The notes beneath the pieces were generated by a model. That model was not told the origin of the DNA. It was given only the letters and a program-made list of their open reading frames with translations, and ran no database searches. Of a DNA stretch of 32,000 nt, positions 20,311 to 31,079 are shown one piece after another. The position numbers were made by a program, and so were the translations under genes. The DNA is from Candidatus Saccharimonadota bacterium. Its GTDB lineage: Bacteria > Patescibacteriota > Gracilibacteria > Absconditabacterales > Absconditicoccaceae. Positions within the stretch are counted from its first letter, which is position 1. The number at the start of each line of letters is the position of its first letter. The stretch covers positions 600,001-632,000 of the forward strand of contig CP006913.1 of the NCBI GenBank assembly GCA_000503875.1, in the 5' to 3' direction.

Positions 20311-20326
20311 GAAAGAACTTTATATT

Positions 20327-21178
20327 TTATTTTTTTACAATAATTTTATCACTTTCCAAACTTCCCAAATCTATTTCTTTCAACAATTCAAATTCTGAAT
20401 AATATTTTTTGAGTAGTTGATAATTGATAATCTGTGGTTGAATAGGGATAGCATTGTTTATATAGATTTTTTTATTATTTCAAAGATGAACAATCATTCT
20501 ATGTCATCCGGGTAAATATGATAATTTTTGAATATCTGGAAATGCCTCTTTAATTAACTGAATATCATCCATTAAATCAGCAGTAGGTTGTAAGAAAAAA
20601 ATCCCAGTCAACGCTCATCAAGAATTAAAAGATAATACCTCTAGCTTAACAACCCCAGAATTTCATAGAGAATTTCAAGAAAATAATTCAAATAGATGTT
20701 CTTTATATACTCCGAATTTTTTATTTTCATGGAGCATAATCAGTTCTGGAGGCGAAAACAATACTTTTACAAGGACAGTCTTCGGTGCTTTATAAACAAT
20801 AATTATATCTTGAACGAATGGATATTCTTTTTTGATGGTTTGAATAATTGTCTTCGTATTCCAAGAAATTAAATAAAAATTTTCACCTTTAATCAATGAA
20901 CTTATACTTTTATACAAATAAGGATCATCATAAATTTGCGCACTACTACGTGCATAATCTATTTTACCAATACGATATTCTGGCACAAAAATAGTGTATT
21001 TAAGCAACAAAAATCCCCCATAAAAGAAAACAAGAATACCAAAAAAAATCCAAAAATACAAAACAGGTATTTTACGAAGATATCATCAAGCTTTTTTCCC
21101 AATCATCGTTCATGAAGAAAGAGATGGTGAAACAGATTTTTGCTTGGTAAATTTTCTTTGAACAGCAAATTGCACCAT
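20327..21178 (-). CDS. ftsQ: FtsQ/DivIB-like cell-division protein (TM plus POTRA, 283 aa)
   Basis: Runs from ATG 21178 to TAA 20327-20329, in frame with ORF 20675..21061. I checked the flanking triplets. The TM segment is 'YFWIFFGILVFFYGGFLLL'. The POTRA-like segment is 'IGKIDY..ISSLIKGENFYLISWNTKTIIQTIKKEYPFVQDIIIVYKAPKTVLVKV'. The C terminus reads 'EIDLGSLESDKIIV'. Confidence 0.65.
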
Positions 21179-21188
21179 ATAAAAACGA

Positions 21189-21686
21189 TTACAAGTAGAA
21201 TAAATAATACAATATATAGGTCAACAAAGATCAAATAATAAATCATCACAAAACTTCAAGTGGCGTATGTCAAAGTCTTTCTTTTAATTTTCAAGAAGTA
21301 TCTTTATTTTCTTTGGAAAACAATCATTGTAGTTCAAATCTTAATTTATTGATAAGATATGCATGTTGACCTGTTTGAAATCTGAGATTCATAGCATCAT
21401 AAGCAAACAACAAAGAAAAAGCTGCAACAACTACAAATAATACACTATCAAATCCATACTCAAGCAAAACCAACATGGTTACACTACTAGATAATCCTGT
21501 ATGAAACGAAGGAAATCATCATGATGAAAAAAAATGATGAAAACGAAATTTTCTATATTTAAATAAATCAATAATAACTTTGAGTCACTGAACAAAAAAT
21601 CCCACAAAAAACACCAAAAAAAATGGATTTATAGAAATCCCTTGATTTAAATACTTGATAATAGACTCTACAACATAAGAAATCAT
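21189..21686 (-). CDS. Divergent PAP2 / DUF212 family membrane protein (165 aa)
   Basis: I translated the full gene, from ATG 21686 to TAA 21189-21191. Motifs are 'SSGGFPSFHTG', 'FAYDAMNLRFQTGQHA' and 'KERLGHTPLEVLGG'. Confidence 0.8.
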
Positions 21687-21868
21687 GAAGAAGAGATTAA
21701 TAATAAACTGCCGATTTTCAAGGAATCAGTCACTCTATACATACAAAGTTTCGACAAAAAAGCAACTCCATTTAGTTGATAATCGTTACTGAATTTATAG
21801 TATATAGTCACAAAACCATTACCAATAACAACGAAATAATTTAAATTTTTATACTTTCAAAAAAGATT

Positions 21869-22648
21869 ATGTTCAAAAAGATATTATTACTCTGAATTAT
21901 TATTACTAGTTTGATTTCTATTGTACGTTGAGATTATAAAGAGATTGTAACAACCGTACTCAATAACATCCAAACAACAAATGCCAATAAAACCGATCTC
22001 CAAAAAAGACAGACTTTTGAAAATTATATCCCAAAAATAAAAAGTTTAACATCAATAGATCAAAGAGTAAAAGACGCTTTGATAACGTATCTCAATGCAA
22101 AAATAGCAGAATTAGATGAAACGCTCAAAACAACAACATATGAGTCAAACATTACCAATATCGACAAAGCTTTGATTGAAAAATCTTGGCTCGAACGACA
22201 TAATACAGAAAGAAACAGTCTAGATCTGGCCTCATATACAATCAGCCCAGAACTCAACAATACCGCCCAAAACCGAGCCAATCATTTGGCTGAATTAAAT
22301 GATGCAACCCACAAAAGACTCTCAACGGATGGCTATTATAATTACGAAAGTATAAAATCACGATTTTCCGATTTATGAGTAACTTTTCCAAAAGAACAAA
22401 ATGGTGTTGCAAACTTTTCTGAAAATCTTGCTTACCAATATTTAAGCTGCAAAAAAGATGATTGTACTACAGAAGTATTAGCAGCACTCAAAAAATGCTA
22501 TGCATTTTTTATGAGTGAAAAAAGTTACAAATGACCTCATTATAGAGCGGTTATAAGTCCTTATTTCACCCAAATGGGATATGGAGTATCAAAAGTAGGA
22601 ACCAAAATCTTTATCGTAACTCACTACTCTGTAGATCTACTTCAATAA
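21869..22648 (+). CDS. Secreted CAP/SCP (PR-1-like, YkwD-type) domain protein (259 aa)
   Basis: Runs from ATG 21869 to TAA 22646-22648, in frame with ORF 22079..22378. I checked all codons. The signal or anchor is 'MFKKILLLGIIITSLISIV'. Motifs are 'WLERHNTERNS', 'LNNTAQNRANHL', 'HKRL', 'NFSENLAY' and 'GPHYRAVISPYFTQMGYGV'. Confidence 0.75.
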
Positions 22649-23824
22649 ATCATAAGTTTCTTTCGCAATCATATATTCTTCATTCGTAGGAACAACCATC
22701 AAAACAGCCTTAGATTCTGGTGTAGAAATTATTCTTTCTTCTCATCTAAAGTCATTTTTTGATTCATCCAAAGTAATACCTAACCATCCAAGTTTATCTG
22801 CAATCATTTTTCTAATATACGCAGAATTTTCCAAGGTACCAGCAGTCAAAACAACAGCATCGCATCCATTCAAAATCGCTGTATAAGAACCAATATATTT
22901 CACAATTTTATTTACATATACATCCAATGCCAAAGTTTCTTGTGTCTTACCAGCAATATGACCATCTTCAATATCTCTCATATCACTAGACACACCAGAA
23001 ATACCAAGTACTCCACTCTGCTTATTGAGCATATGATCAATTTCATCTATAGTCATATTTTCTTTTCTCATCAAAAAAGCAACAATAGCAGGATCTAAAT
23101 CACCTGATCTTGTACCCATAGTCAACCCTTCAAGCGGCGTAAATCCCATCGACGTATCAACTACTTTTCCACCCTTAATAGCAGAAACACTAGCTCCATT
23201 TCCTACGTGACAAACGATAATATTCATATCTTTGATATCTTTGCCCAAAATTTCAGCAGCTCTATACGATACATATTTATGAGAAGTACCATGAAATCCA
23301 TATCTTCTTACCTTATATTTTTCGTAATATTTATAGGGAATAGAATACATATATGCACTCGGTTCCATCGTTTGATGAAAAGAGGTATCAAATACTGCAA
23401 TATTTGGGATATTTGGTAAAACATCTTCTACTGCGTTAATTCCCATCAAATTTGCAGGATTATGAAGCGGTGCAATTTCACATAATTCATTGATTTTGGT
23501 TTTTGCATAATCATCTATTCTCGCAGAATTGACAAATTCTTCTCCACCATGAACTACTCTATGTCCAGCAGCATCAATTTCTTCCAATGAATTCAATACA
23601 CCATGAGTCGGATCAACCAATAATTCCAACACTTTTTTAAGTGCTATACTATGATTTTCCAAATCACCTTGAATTTCAACTTTACCAATCTTTCCTACAT
23701 GTTTGATAACAGTTCATTTTCCTATTTTATCAACCAATCATTTAGACAAAACATCTCATTCTGGCATAGATATCAATTGGTATTTCAACGACGAACTTCC
23801 TGCATTCAAAACTAATATTTTCAT
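22637..23824 (-). CDS. ackA: Acetate kinase (395 aa)
   Basis: Runs from ATG 23824 to TAG 22637-22639, in frame with ORF 22742..23662. Motifs are 'MKILVLNAGSSSLKYQL', 'GHRVVHGG', 'APLHNP', 'VFDTSFHQTM', 'YGFHGTSH', 'MGTRSGDLDP' and 'VVPTNEEYMIA'. Confidence 0.95.
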
Positions 23825-23890
23825 TTCACATATTTTTATAATAATAAAAAATTACAAGTATATTTAAAACTTAACACTAAAAACTTAGTA

Positions 23891-24457
23891 CTAAAATAGA
23901 ATTTCTCCCCATGCTCCAGCACCAAGTCCAGCAGCATTGGCTTCTTCCAAATCAATATGCATATCCAAAGCAAAAGTATCAGCAGCTCTGACGATAACAT
24001 TTTCAAATACCAATCATCTGTCTCCATGAACTTTAACTTTGATTTCTTGTCCATCAACAAGTCCAGCTTCTTTTGCTTCTGCAACAGTAATATGTAGATG
24101 TCTTTTGGCTACAATACATCCATGATCCAAAACAACAGATCCAGCAGGCCCAATAACCTCACATCCTGGTGTTCCTTGAATATCTCCAGACAATCTTATC
24201 GGAGCCTGAATTCCCAATTTAAAATTATCTGCTAACAATAATTCCGCTTGCGTATGTTTTCTACATGGCCCCAAAACTCTCACTCCATCAATCTGACCTT
24301 TTGGTCACTTCAAAGAAACAGTCTCTTGATAAGCAAATTGACCAGGCTGAGAAAGCCCTTTTATCGTAGTAAACTGATACTCCTTTCCAAAAAGTTTCTC
24401 AGCATCAATTTGAGAAATATGAATATGTCTATTGGAAATTCAAATAGGTATTCTCAT
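23891..24457 (-). CDS. pduL: Phosphate acyltransferase PduL (188 aa)
   Basis: Runs from ATG 24457 to TAG 23891-23893, in frame with ORF 24014..24283. I checked all triplets. Motifs are 'ISNRHIHIS', 'VRVLGPCRKHTQAELLLADNFKLGI', 'RLSGDIQGTPG', 'IVAKRHLHI' and 'ALDMHIDLEEANAAG'. Confidence 0.9.
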
Positions 24458-24483
24458 AGAAAAAACAAAACAAAAAATAAAAG

Positions 24484-24497
24484 AAGACTTTCGTCTT
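24484..24497 (-). terminator. Weak GAAA-tetraloop hairpin followed by a U-run, after the PP2C gene and inside the pduL leader
   Basis: The minus strand reads 'aagac gaaa gtctt' followed by 'cttttattttttg'. The stem is only 5 bp. A candidate pduL promoter lies upstream of it (minus strand): TTGATT 24538-24533, a 16-nt spacer, then TATATG 24516-24511. Confidence 0.35.
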
Positions 24498-24566
24498 TTT
24501 AGTTAGAAAGCATATATTGTTTTTATAAGAAAAATCAATAAAAAATATTCAATATATTACAATATT

Positions 24567-26618
24567 TTATGATACTCTAAATCAAACAAGCAAAATATCA
24601 TCAGTTTGATTTTCATCTGTTCCTATCATTTCTTCATATTGTTGGCTTATAAATAACTCTCTTTCTTCTACTGGTAAAGAAATAACTTTTTTTAGAAGTT
24701 CATAAAATCACTTTGATCATAGTTTTTTATCCGTTGCGGCAACAAATTGGTCAACCATTCCATCACTAAATAGAAATACTTCATCACCAGATTTAAGTTG
24801 ATATTGATGCGTTTCATAAGCAAAATTTGCTTTTTTATTTAATGATCATACATCTCAACGTGATGTAGAAATTAATTTTTCCAATTTTCCTTCTCTAAAA
24901 ATAATTATAGGCCTAGAAGAACTAGAATATTCAAGTTCACGAGTACTAGGATCATAAAAAACACACTCAACATCAATAGAGTCGTGCATTTTTTCAGAAG
25001 ATGCGGAATTTTTTGATTGTTCCTTAGTATTTTCCTGTATAAAGAAATGATCAAGTGAATTAATAATATCTGAAGGTTTATGTGCACATTCAAGAAATTG
25101 CTTCACTTTTGTTTGTCAAAGTATTGTCAAAAGGGATCAAGGAACACCATGCCCAGTACAATCAGCGACCATAAGCATTTTCTTTGTTGGAGAAGTAATA
25201 TCTTCAGGGTTTTTACGAGGAAGATCTGCAGAGAAATAGAAATCTCCACTTACAATATCTTTGGGTCTATAAAAAACAATAGAGGTATCACCAAATTGTT
25301 CTTTTACATCAATATTATTATACAAGAAATGATTTTGAAGCCTAGAAGCATAATTAATACTTGATGTAATCTGAGTATGTGATTTTTGAATTTGTTGTTT
25401 TTGAGCGTCTATTTCTTCGTTAGTAGCCTGCAATTCTTCGTAAGCCGTTTCCAATTCAACTTGTTTTTGGATGATTTCATCTCTTTGTCTAGCATTTTCA
25501 TCTCTTTGGGCAGTTATTATTGTATTTTTTCTTTTAAGTGTATATCAGACTCATGCTCAAGTTATTGCTGCACCAACAGCCAATAGTAATAACAACAAAG
25601 TAACTCTAGTTCTTTGTCTTTGGTTTTCAGCCTCTAATATATACTCACTTGTTTTATACTTAGTTTCTAATTCAAGTTGATCTTTTTTTGCTTTTTCAGT
25701 AAATCTTATATTAGAAACATCTACTTTTTGTTCAAGATAAGAATATGCCAAAGAATAATCCTTTATAGATATCGCCAAATCTTTCATAATATTTAAAATC
25801 ATATCTTGTAATTCAAGATTGTTAGATTCTTTTGCAAGCGTAATAGCTTCTTCATAAATCAAAAATGCTTGTTTATAATCTTTATCTGCAATTGAAAGAT
25901 CTGCTTCTGTTGTAAGTAAACAAATAGTTTCATAAGAAGAGCGAGGATACTCTTTTAAAAGTTTTTTTGCTTCAAAAAAATATGGTTCAGCAAGAGATGC
26001 TTTTCATACACCAATATAAGAATTAGCAAGACTACTATAAATAAGATATTTTATATAATAATCATCTCATAAAATTTCAGATCCTTTCTGCAAGATATCA
26101 ACAGCTTCCATTAGGAAAGGAATTGCTTTATCATAATGTATAGGTTGTTTTGAAGAATTTAAATAAGTTGATGCCAAATTATTTAAACTAAACAAAAGAT
26201 TCCTCTTATTTCAATTTTTTCTTGCAATATTTATTCCTTTCAAATGATAATCAATTGATAGAGAATCTTCTTTTATACAACTGTATACATTTCATAAATT
26301 ATCATAAATACCATACATATAAGGGTCTTCTCTACTCATTCATTTTTTCAGTAAAGAATCTCTTGTTGATAACAAAAGATCTATTGCTACATTATATTTT
26401 CATTCTCTAATATATTCATTAGCAATAACATTTATATCATTAGCATCACAAGTTGCTCCTGAAAAATTTAATTTCGAATCAGTTATAATAGGTGTAAATT
26501 GTAATTTATCGTTTTTCTTTGATTCAGAAAAATCTGGATTTTTACAATAATTTAATAAAACAAAAAGAGAACTTGCAACAATATATTTACAAGAATTTAA
26601 AAAAATTTTTGTTCACAC
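24567..26618 (-). CDS. TPR-repeat sensor, single TM, coiled coil and a PP2C (SpoIIE/RsbU-type) Ser/Thr phosphatase (~683 aa)
   Basis: ORF pieces 24855..25106, 25137..25454 and 25557..25862 share one frame, and I checked all triplets from 24567 to 26687. The stop is TAA 24567-24569. The start is uncertain, with no early ATG. GTG 26618 gives a lipoprotein-like leader, 'KIFLNSCKYIVASSLFVLLNYC'; TTG 26639 and TTG 26645 are alternatives. The TM segment is 'VTLLLLLLAVGAAITGAGVG'. PP2C motifs are 'SGDFYF', 'MVADCTGHGVPG(TGA)S', 'FLFSDG' and 'DDILLVGFRV'. Confidence 0.8.
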
Positions 26619-26792
26619 AGATAAATGTACTCTTTCCAAAATCAATATACTACAAAAAAATAAAAAGCAATTAAGTCGCCACACTTATATGTTTTTTATA
26701 GGAAATAGCAATATATTTATCAAGAATAACAAAAAATACCTCTATTTCCTCTGAAAATCATCAGAATAAAGGTATTTATAATTAACTATAAA

Positions 26793-27071
26793 TTATTGAA
26801 GAGATTGTGTTACAACAGATTTACATCAAGAACAACCTTGTGGACTAACTGCTGCAAATCCATTAGTAAGGGTAATTGCAACAATACTAAACACTACCAT
26901 AGAAATTAAACCAACTACGATCCATTCGAAGATGTGTAAACCACCAACTACTGAATCTTCCCACATATCATATCTATGAGGCATTTTTGAAGCTGCCTTT
27001 TTTCTTTGATACAAAGGGTGAGAGATAATAGCTTTCGCGATTGCGCGATGCTTTGGATGTTTTTTTTCCAT
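26793..27071 (-). CDS. Small membrane protein (92 aa) with a C-terminal CSGC motif
   Basis: ATG 27071 is in frame with ORF 26826..27101. The TGA at 26826-26828 is the Gly of 'GCSGCK'. The stop is TAA 26793-26795. The TM segment is 'IVVGLISMVVFSIVAITL'. Confidence 0.5.
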
Positions 27072-27105
27072 TTTTGTTTTTAATAGAATATAAAATAACA
27101 TATCT

Positions 27106-27133
27106 ATTATAATCCTTTTTTGTGTTTTGTCAA
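27106..27133 (-). promoter_or_regulatory. Consensus promoter of the small membrane protein gene
   Basis: On the minus strand, TTGACA (27133-27128), a 16-nt spacer, then TATAAT (27111-27106). Confidence 0.6.
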
Positions 27134-27148
27134 AATTTTGAAGACTTT

Positions 27149-27958
27149 TTATTTTTTACCGTATAACCACCAATACGCCATTCCCACAAAAACAGCTCCT
27201 CCAATGATATTTCCTATCGTAACAGGCAATAAATTATTCACAAAAATGTATTTTAATGTTAAATGAGACATATCAACATTTGCTACAGCAAAACCAGAAA
27301 TTTTCAATAAATAGGCAAATGGTAAATAAAACATATTTGCAACAGAGTGTTCAAATCCACCCGCAACAAAAGCAATAATAGGGAAAATAATACCAAGTAC
27401 CTTATCTCCTGTTGATTTACCACTCCAAGCAAGCCAAACCCCAAGACACACCAAAATATTACATAAAATACCCAAACTTACCGCTTGCATAAAGCCATAG
27501 TCCAATTTATGAAGACCAATATTCATTGCTGTTTCTCAAATAACCCCATTTCCAAATAAATACCATCATCAAACATAAACCAATCCAATAACAATCAAAG
27601 CTCCAATAAAATTAGAAATCCAAATTAAAATCAGATTCTTTATCATTTGTAATCCAGAAATTCTCTTGTTTAATCGAGCAATAACAAGCAATGCATTTCA
27701 CGTAAAAAGTTCTGCTCCAGCTATCATTACTAGTATAAGACCTAGTGAAAATGCCAATCCAGCTATAAATTTAATAATTCCAAAAGGAACAGTTCAAGCC
27801 AATCCAGAGATACTGGTTATAGAAAAAACCGCACCAAAAGCGATATACATACCAGCAAGTATTCCAGAAACCAAGGTATGAGAAAATTTACCTGTAGCTT
27901 TTTTGTAACCAACTTCTTCAGCCTTTGCAGTAATTTCCGCAGGAGTTAACGCATCCAT
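27149..27958 (-). CDS. focA: Formate/nitrite transporter family channel (269 aa)
   Basis: Runs from ATG 27958 to TAA 27149-27151, in frame with ORF 27149..27526. I checked every triplet in 27527-27958. Motifs are 'AGAELFTGN', 'NFIGAL' and 'GGFEHSVANMFYLP'. Confidence 0.9.
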
Positions 27959-27981
27959 TTGTTATACATACTATATAAAAT

Positions 27982-28707
27982 CTATCTAATCACCACCTTA
28001 TCAAACCATTTTTCCAAAAGCAATTTAGCTGCTTCAGCTTGCTGCATTTTAGCACTCGGAACACCTTCTAAACCATAGTCTCGACCAAGCTCTTTCCATT
28101 TATGTACTCCCAATTGATGATATGGTAAGATTTCAATTCTTTCTATAACCGAATATTTCGAAAGTTTTTTACCTAGTTCTTCTATATATTCTGGTTGATC
28201 TGTATATCCAGGTACCAAAACATATCTAATCCATATATGCTTACCTTGAGATTGAAGATATTCTATAAATTTCAAAGTATTTTCATTCGATTTTCCTGTT
28301 ACTTTTTTATGTCGATCATCATTAATATGTTTCACATCAATCAAAAAAAGATCAATTAAAGGAATCAGATTTTGAATATCTTCGTTCCATGGGAATCCAT
28401 TGGTATCAACTGCTATATTAATATGTTCATGATGTAACAATTTAAATAATGGTAATAATTCTTTTGCTTGCAACAAAGGCTCTCCTCCTGAAACAGTAAA
28501 TCATCCTTTTCCACGAAAATATGGTTTTACTTGAATCACTTGCTTAAGAATATCTTCAGGAGACTTCAATTTACCTCATTCCAAAGGAATGGTATCCGGA
28601 TTATGACAATACAAACATTTAAATAAACATCCTTGCAGAAAAAGAACAAACCTAATACCAGGTCCTTCATGCGTTCCAAAACTTTCTATCGAATGTACTC
28701 TTAACAT
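27982..28707 (-). CDS. pflA: Pyruvate formate-lyase activating enzyme (radical SAM, 241 aa)
   Basis: Runs from ATG 28707 to TAG 27982-27984, in frame with ORF 27982..28476. I checked the upstream triplets. Motifs are '[35 protein letters not shown]' and 'GGFTVSGGE'. Confidence 0.93.
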
Positions 28708-28711
28708 AGTC

Positions 28712-30913
28712 TTACATATTTTGATGAAAGGTTCTTGCAATAACTTCTTGTTGATGAGCTTTAGATAATCTTACAAAATTAACTGCATATCCTGACACTC
28801 TAATCGTCAATTGAGGATAATTTTCTGGATGTTCATAAGCATCCATAAGCGTATCTCTATTCAATACATTTACATTCAAATGATGAGCATCTTTACCAAA
28901 ATAACCGTCAATCAAACTAATTAAATTTTCTATTTGCTCTTCTTGATCAGCACCAAGCGCTGTTGGTACAATTGAAAATGTATTGGAAATACCATCTTGC
29001 GAATGTTCATAATCAAATTTTGCTACAGAATTCAATGAAGCTATAGCTCCATGACTATCACGTCCATGCATTGGATTTGCTCCTGGAGCAAACGCCTCCC
29101 CTTCTTTTCTACCATCTGGTGTAGCTCCTGTCGCTTTTCCATACATCACATTTGATGTAATAGTAAGTAACGACATAGTTGGATTAGCTCATTTATATGC
29201 TCTATGTTTTGCTAATTGTTCAGAAAAATATTGAGCAATTTCTTGGGCAATACTATCTACTTTATCATTATCATTTCCAAATTGTGGAAAGTCTCATTCA
29301 ATCTGAAAATCAACAGCGATTCCATTTTCATTTCTTATAGGCGTTACTTTCGCATATTTAATTGCTGACAACGAATCTGCTATAATAGAAATTCCAGCAA
29401 TTCCATAAGCAATATCAATACCATGATAGGTATCTACAAAAGCCATTTGAGCTTTTTCATAGTAATATTTATCATGCATATAATGGATAATAAACATTGC
29501 TTTTGCATATACTCTAGCAACATTATCCATTACCACTTTAAAATTTTTCATGACTTCGTCATAGTTCAATACTCCGTCTGAGAGTGATGGCAATCAAGCA
29601 AGTAATTCAACTCACTCATGTTCCTCATGTCCCCCATTGATTGCCATCAGCAATGCTTTTGGCAGGTTACATCTAGCACCAAAATGTTGTATTCTTTTTC
29701 CCAATTCTTGGTGAGATACACAACACGCAATTCCATAATCATCTGTTCCACGAGAAGCTCTCATCAAATCATCATTTTCATATTGCACAGAAGAAGTGTC
29801 TATAGACACTTTTGCACAGAAATTTTTAAACCCTTCTGGTAATTTTTCTGACCAAAGTACAGTCAAGTTTGGCTCTGGAGAAGGTCCTAGATTATACAAT
29901 GTTTGTAAAAATCTAAATGATGTTTTAGTTACTTTTGTTCTTCAATCAGTAAGTTGACCTCCGATAGATTCGGTAACCCATGTAGGATCTCCTCCAAAAA
30001 TATCATCATACGCTCATGCTCTCAAATGTCTAACTAATCTCAACTTCATTACAAAATGATCCACAAGTTCTTGAGCCAATTCTTCTGTAAGTAAACCAGA
30101 TTTTAAATCTTGTTCTATATAGATATCCAAAAATGAAGAAGCATTTCAAAGTGACATTGCAGCACCATCTTGTTCTTTTATAGCCGCCAAATATGCGAAA
30201 TATACAAATTGTACAGCTTCTTGGGCTGTTTTTGCTGGTTTAGAAACATCTATTCCATACATTTGAGCCATAACTTTAATATCTTCCAATGATTGAATTT
30301 GCATTGCTACTTCTTCTCTAAGTCTAACTTTTTCATCAGTCATATCACCTTCAATAGCAGCCTTATCTTCTTTTTTTGCTGCGATAAGATAATCAGCACC
30401 ATACAATGCCAATCTTCTATAATCTCCAATAATTCTACCTCTCGCGTAATTATCAGGCAACCCAGTTACTACATGATAGGAACGATATTTTCTAACTTCT
30501 GCATCATAAGCAGCAAAAACTGCGTCATTGTGACTTTTTGCATAATGAAAAATTTCTGTGATTTTTGGATCAACTTCCAAACCTTTTTCTTTCACTGCAT
30601 TTTCTACAACTCTATATCATCCAAAAGGTTTCATTGATCTCTTTAAAGGTTCATCAGTTTGTAAACCAACAACAGTTTCAAGGTCTTTTTGAATGTATCC
30701 AGCCTTGTGACTAGTTACAGAAGAAACCGTATGGGTATCTACACTTCTACATCCATTATTATCTCTTTCTTCTTTTAAAAGTTTTTTACATACTTCCCAA
30801 AGTTGTTTAGTTTTTTCTGTTGGTCATTGCAAAAAAGACGCATCACCTTCATAAGAAGTAATATTGTCAGTCACAAATTTCCTAACATCAATAGGATAGG
30901 TTAGTTCCGCCAT
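28712..30913 (-). CDS. pflB: Pyruvate formate-lyase (glycyl-radical enzyme, 733 aa)
   Basis: Runs from ATG 30913 to TAA 28712-28714. ORF pieces 28712..29176, 29294..29593, 29612..29899 and 30146..30595 all share one frame. Motifs are 'GIACCVS', 'IE(TGA=G)[10 protein letters not shown]', '[22 protein letters not shown]' and the glycyl-radical '[11 protein letters not shown]'. Confidence 0.97.
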
Positions 30914-30953
30914 ATGCTATATTTAAAATATAAAATTAAACGCACAGTTTGCG

Positions 30954-30981
30954 AATATAGCAATCTACAAATAATTATCAA
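30954..30981 (-). promoter_or_regulatory. Candidate pflB promoter
   Basis: On the minus strand, TTGATA (30981-30976), a 16-nt spacer, then TATATT (30959-30954). Confidence 0.5.
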
Positions 30982-31015
30982 GGAAAAAAACAGAAAAAAA
31001 TCCAGAAAAAAATGT

Positions 31016-31033
31016 CCTTGATAAAAATCAAGG
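31016..31033. promoter_or_regulatory. Perfect FNR/CRP-family-type palindrome, CCTTGAT-AAAA-ATCAAGG
   Basis: TTGAT (31018-31022), a 4-nt spacer, then ATCAA (31027-31031). This matches the FNR consensus exactly. It lies in the divergent region between pflB and the 31080 gene. Confidence 0.45.
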
Positions 31034-31079
31034 AATCACTACTTAATAGAGAATAAAAGTTTATACAGAAAATAGCTCA

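Noticed and set aside
22637-22648. A 12-nt convergent overlap between the 3' ends of the CAP-domain gene and ackA
   Set aside because: This is a common, trivial arrangement in compact genomes. No structure or signal is associated with it.
22637-23824. An apparent frameshift near 23700 in ackA, and another near 12720 in the NlpC/P60 gene
   Set aside because: Both were my own counting errors. On re-reading, both genes are continuous in a single frame.
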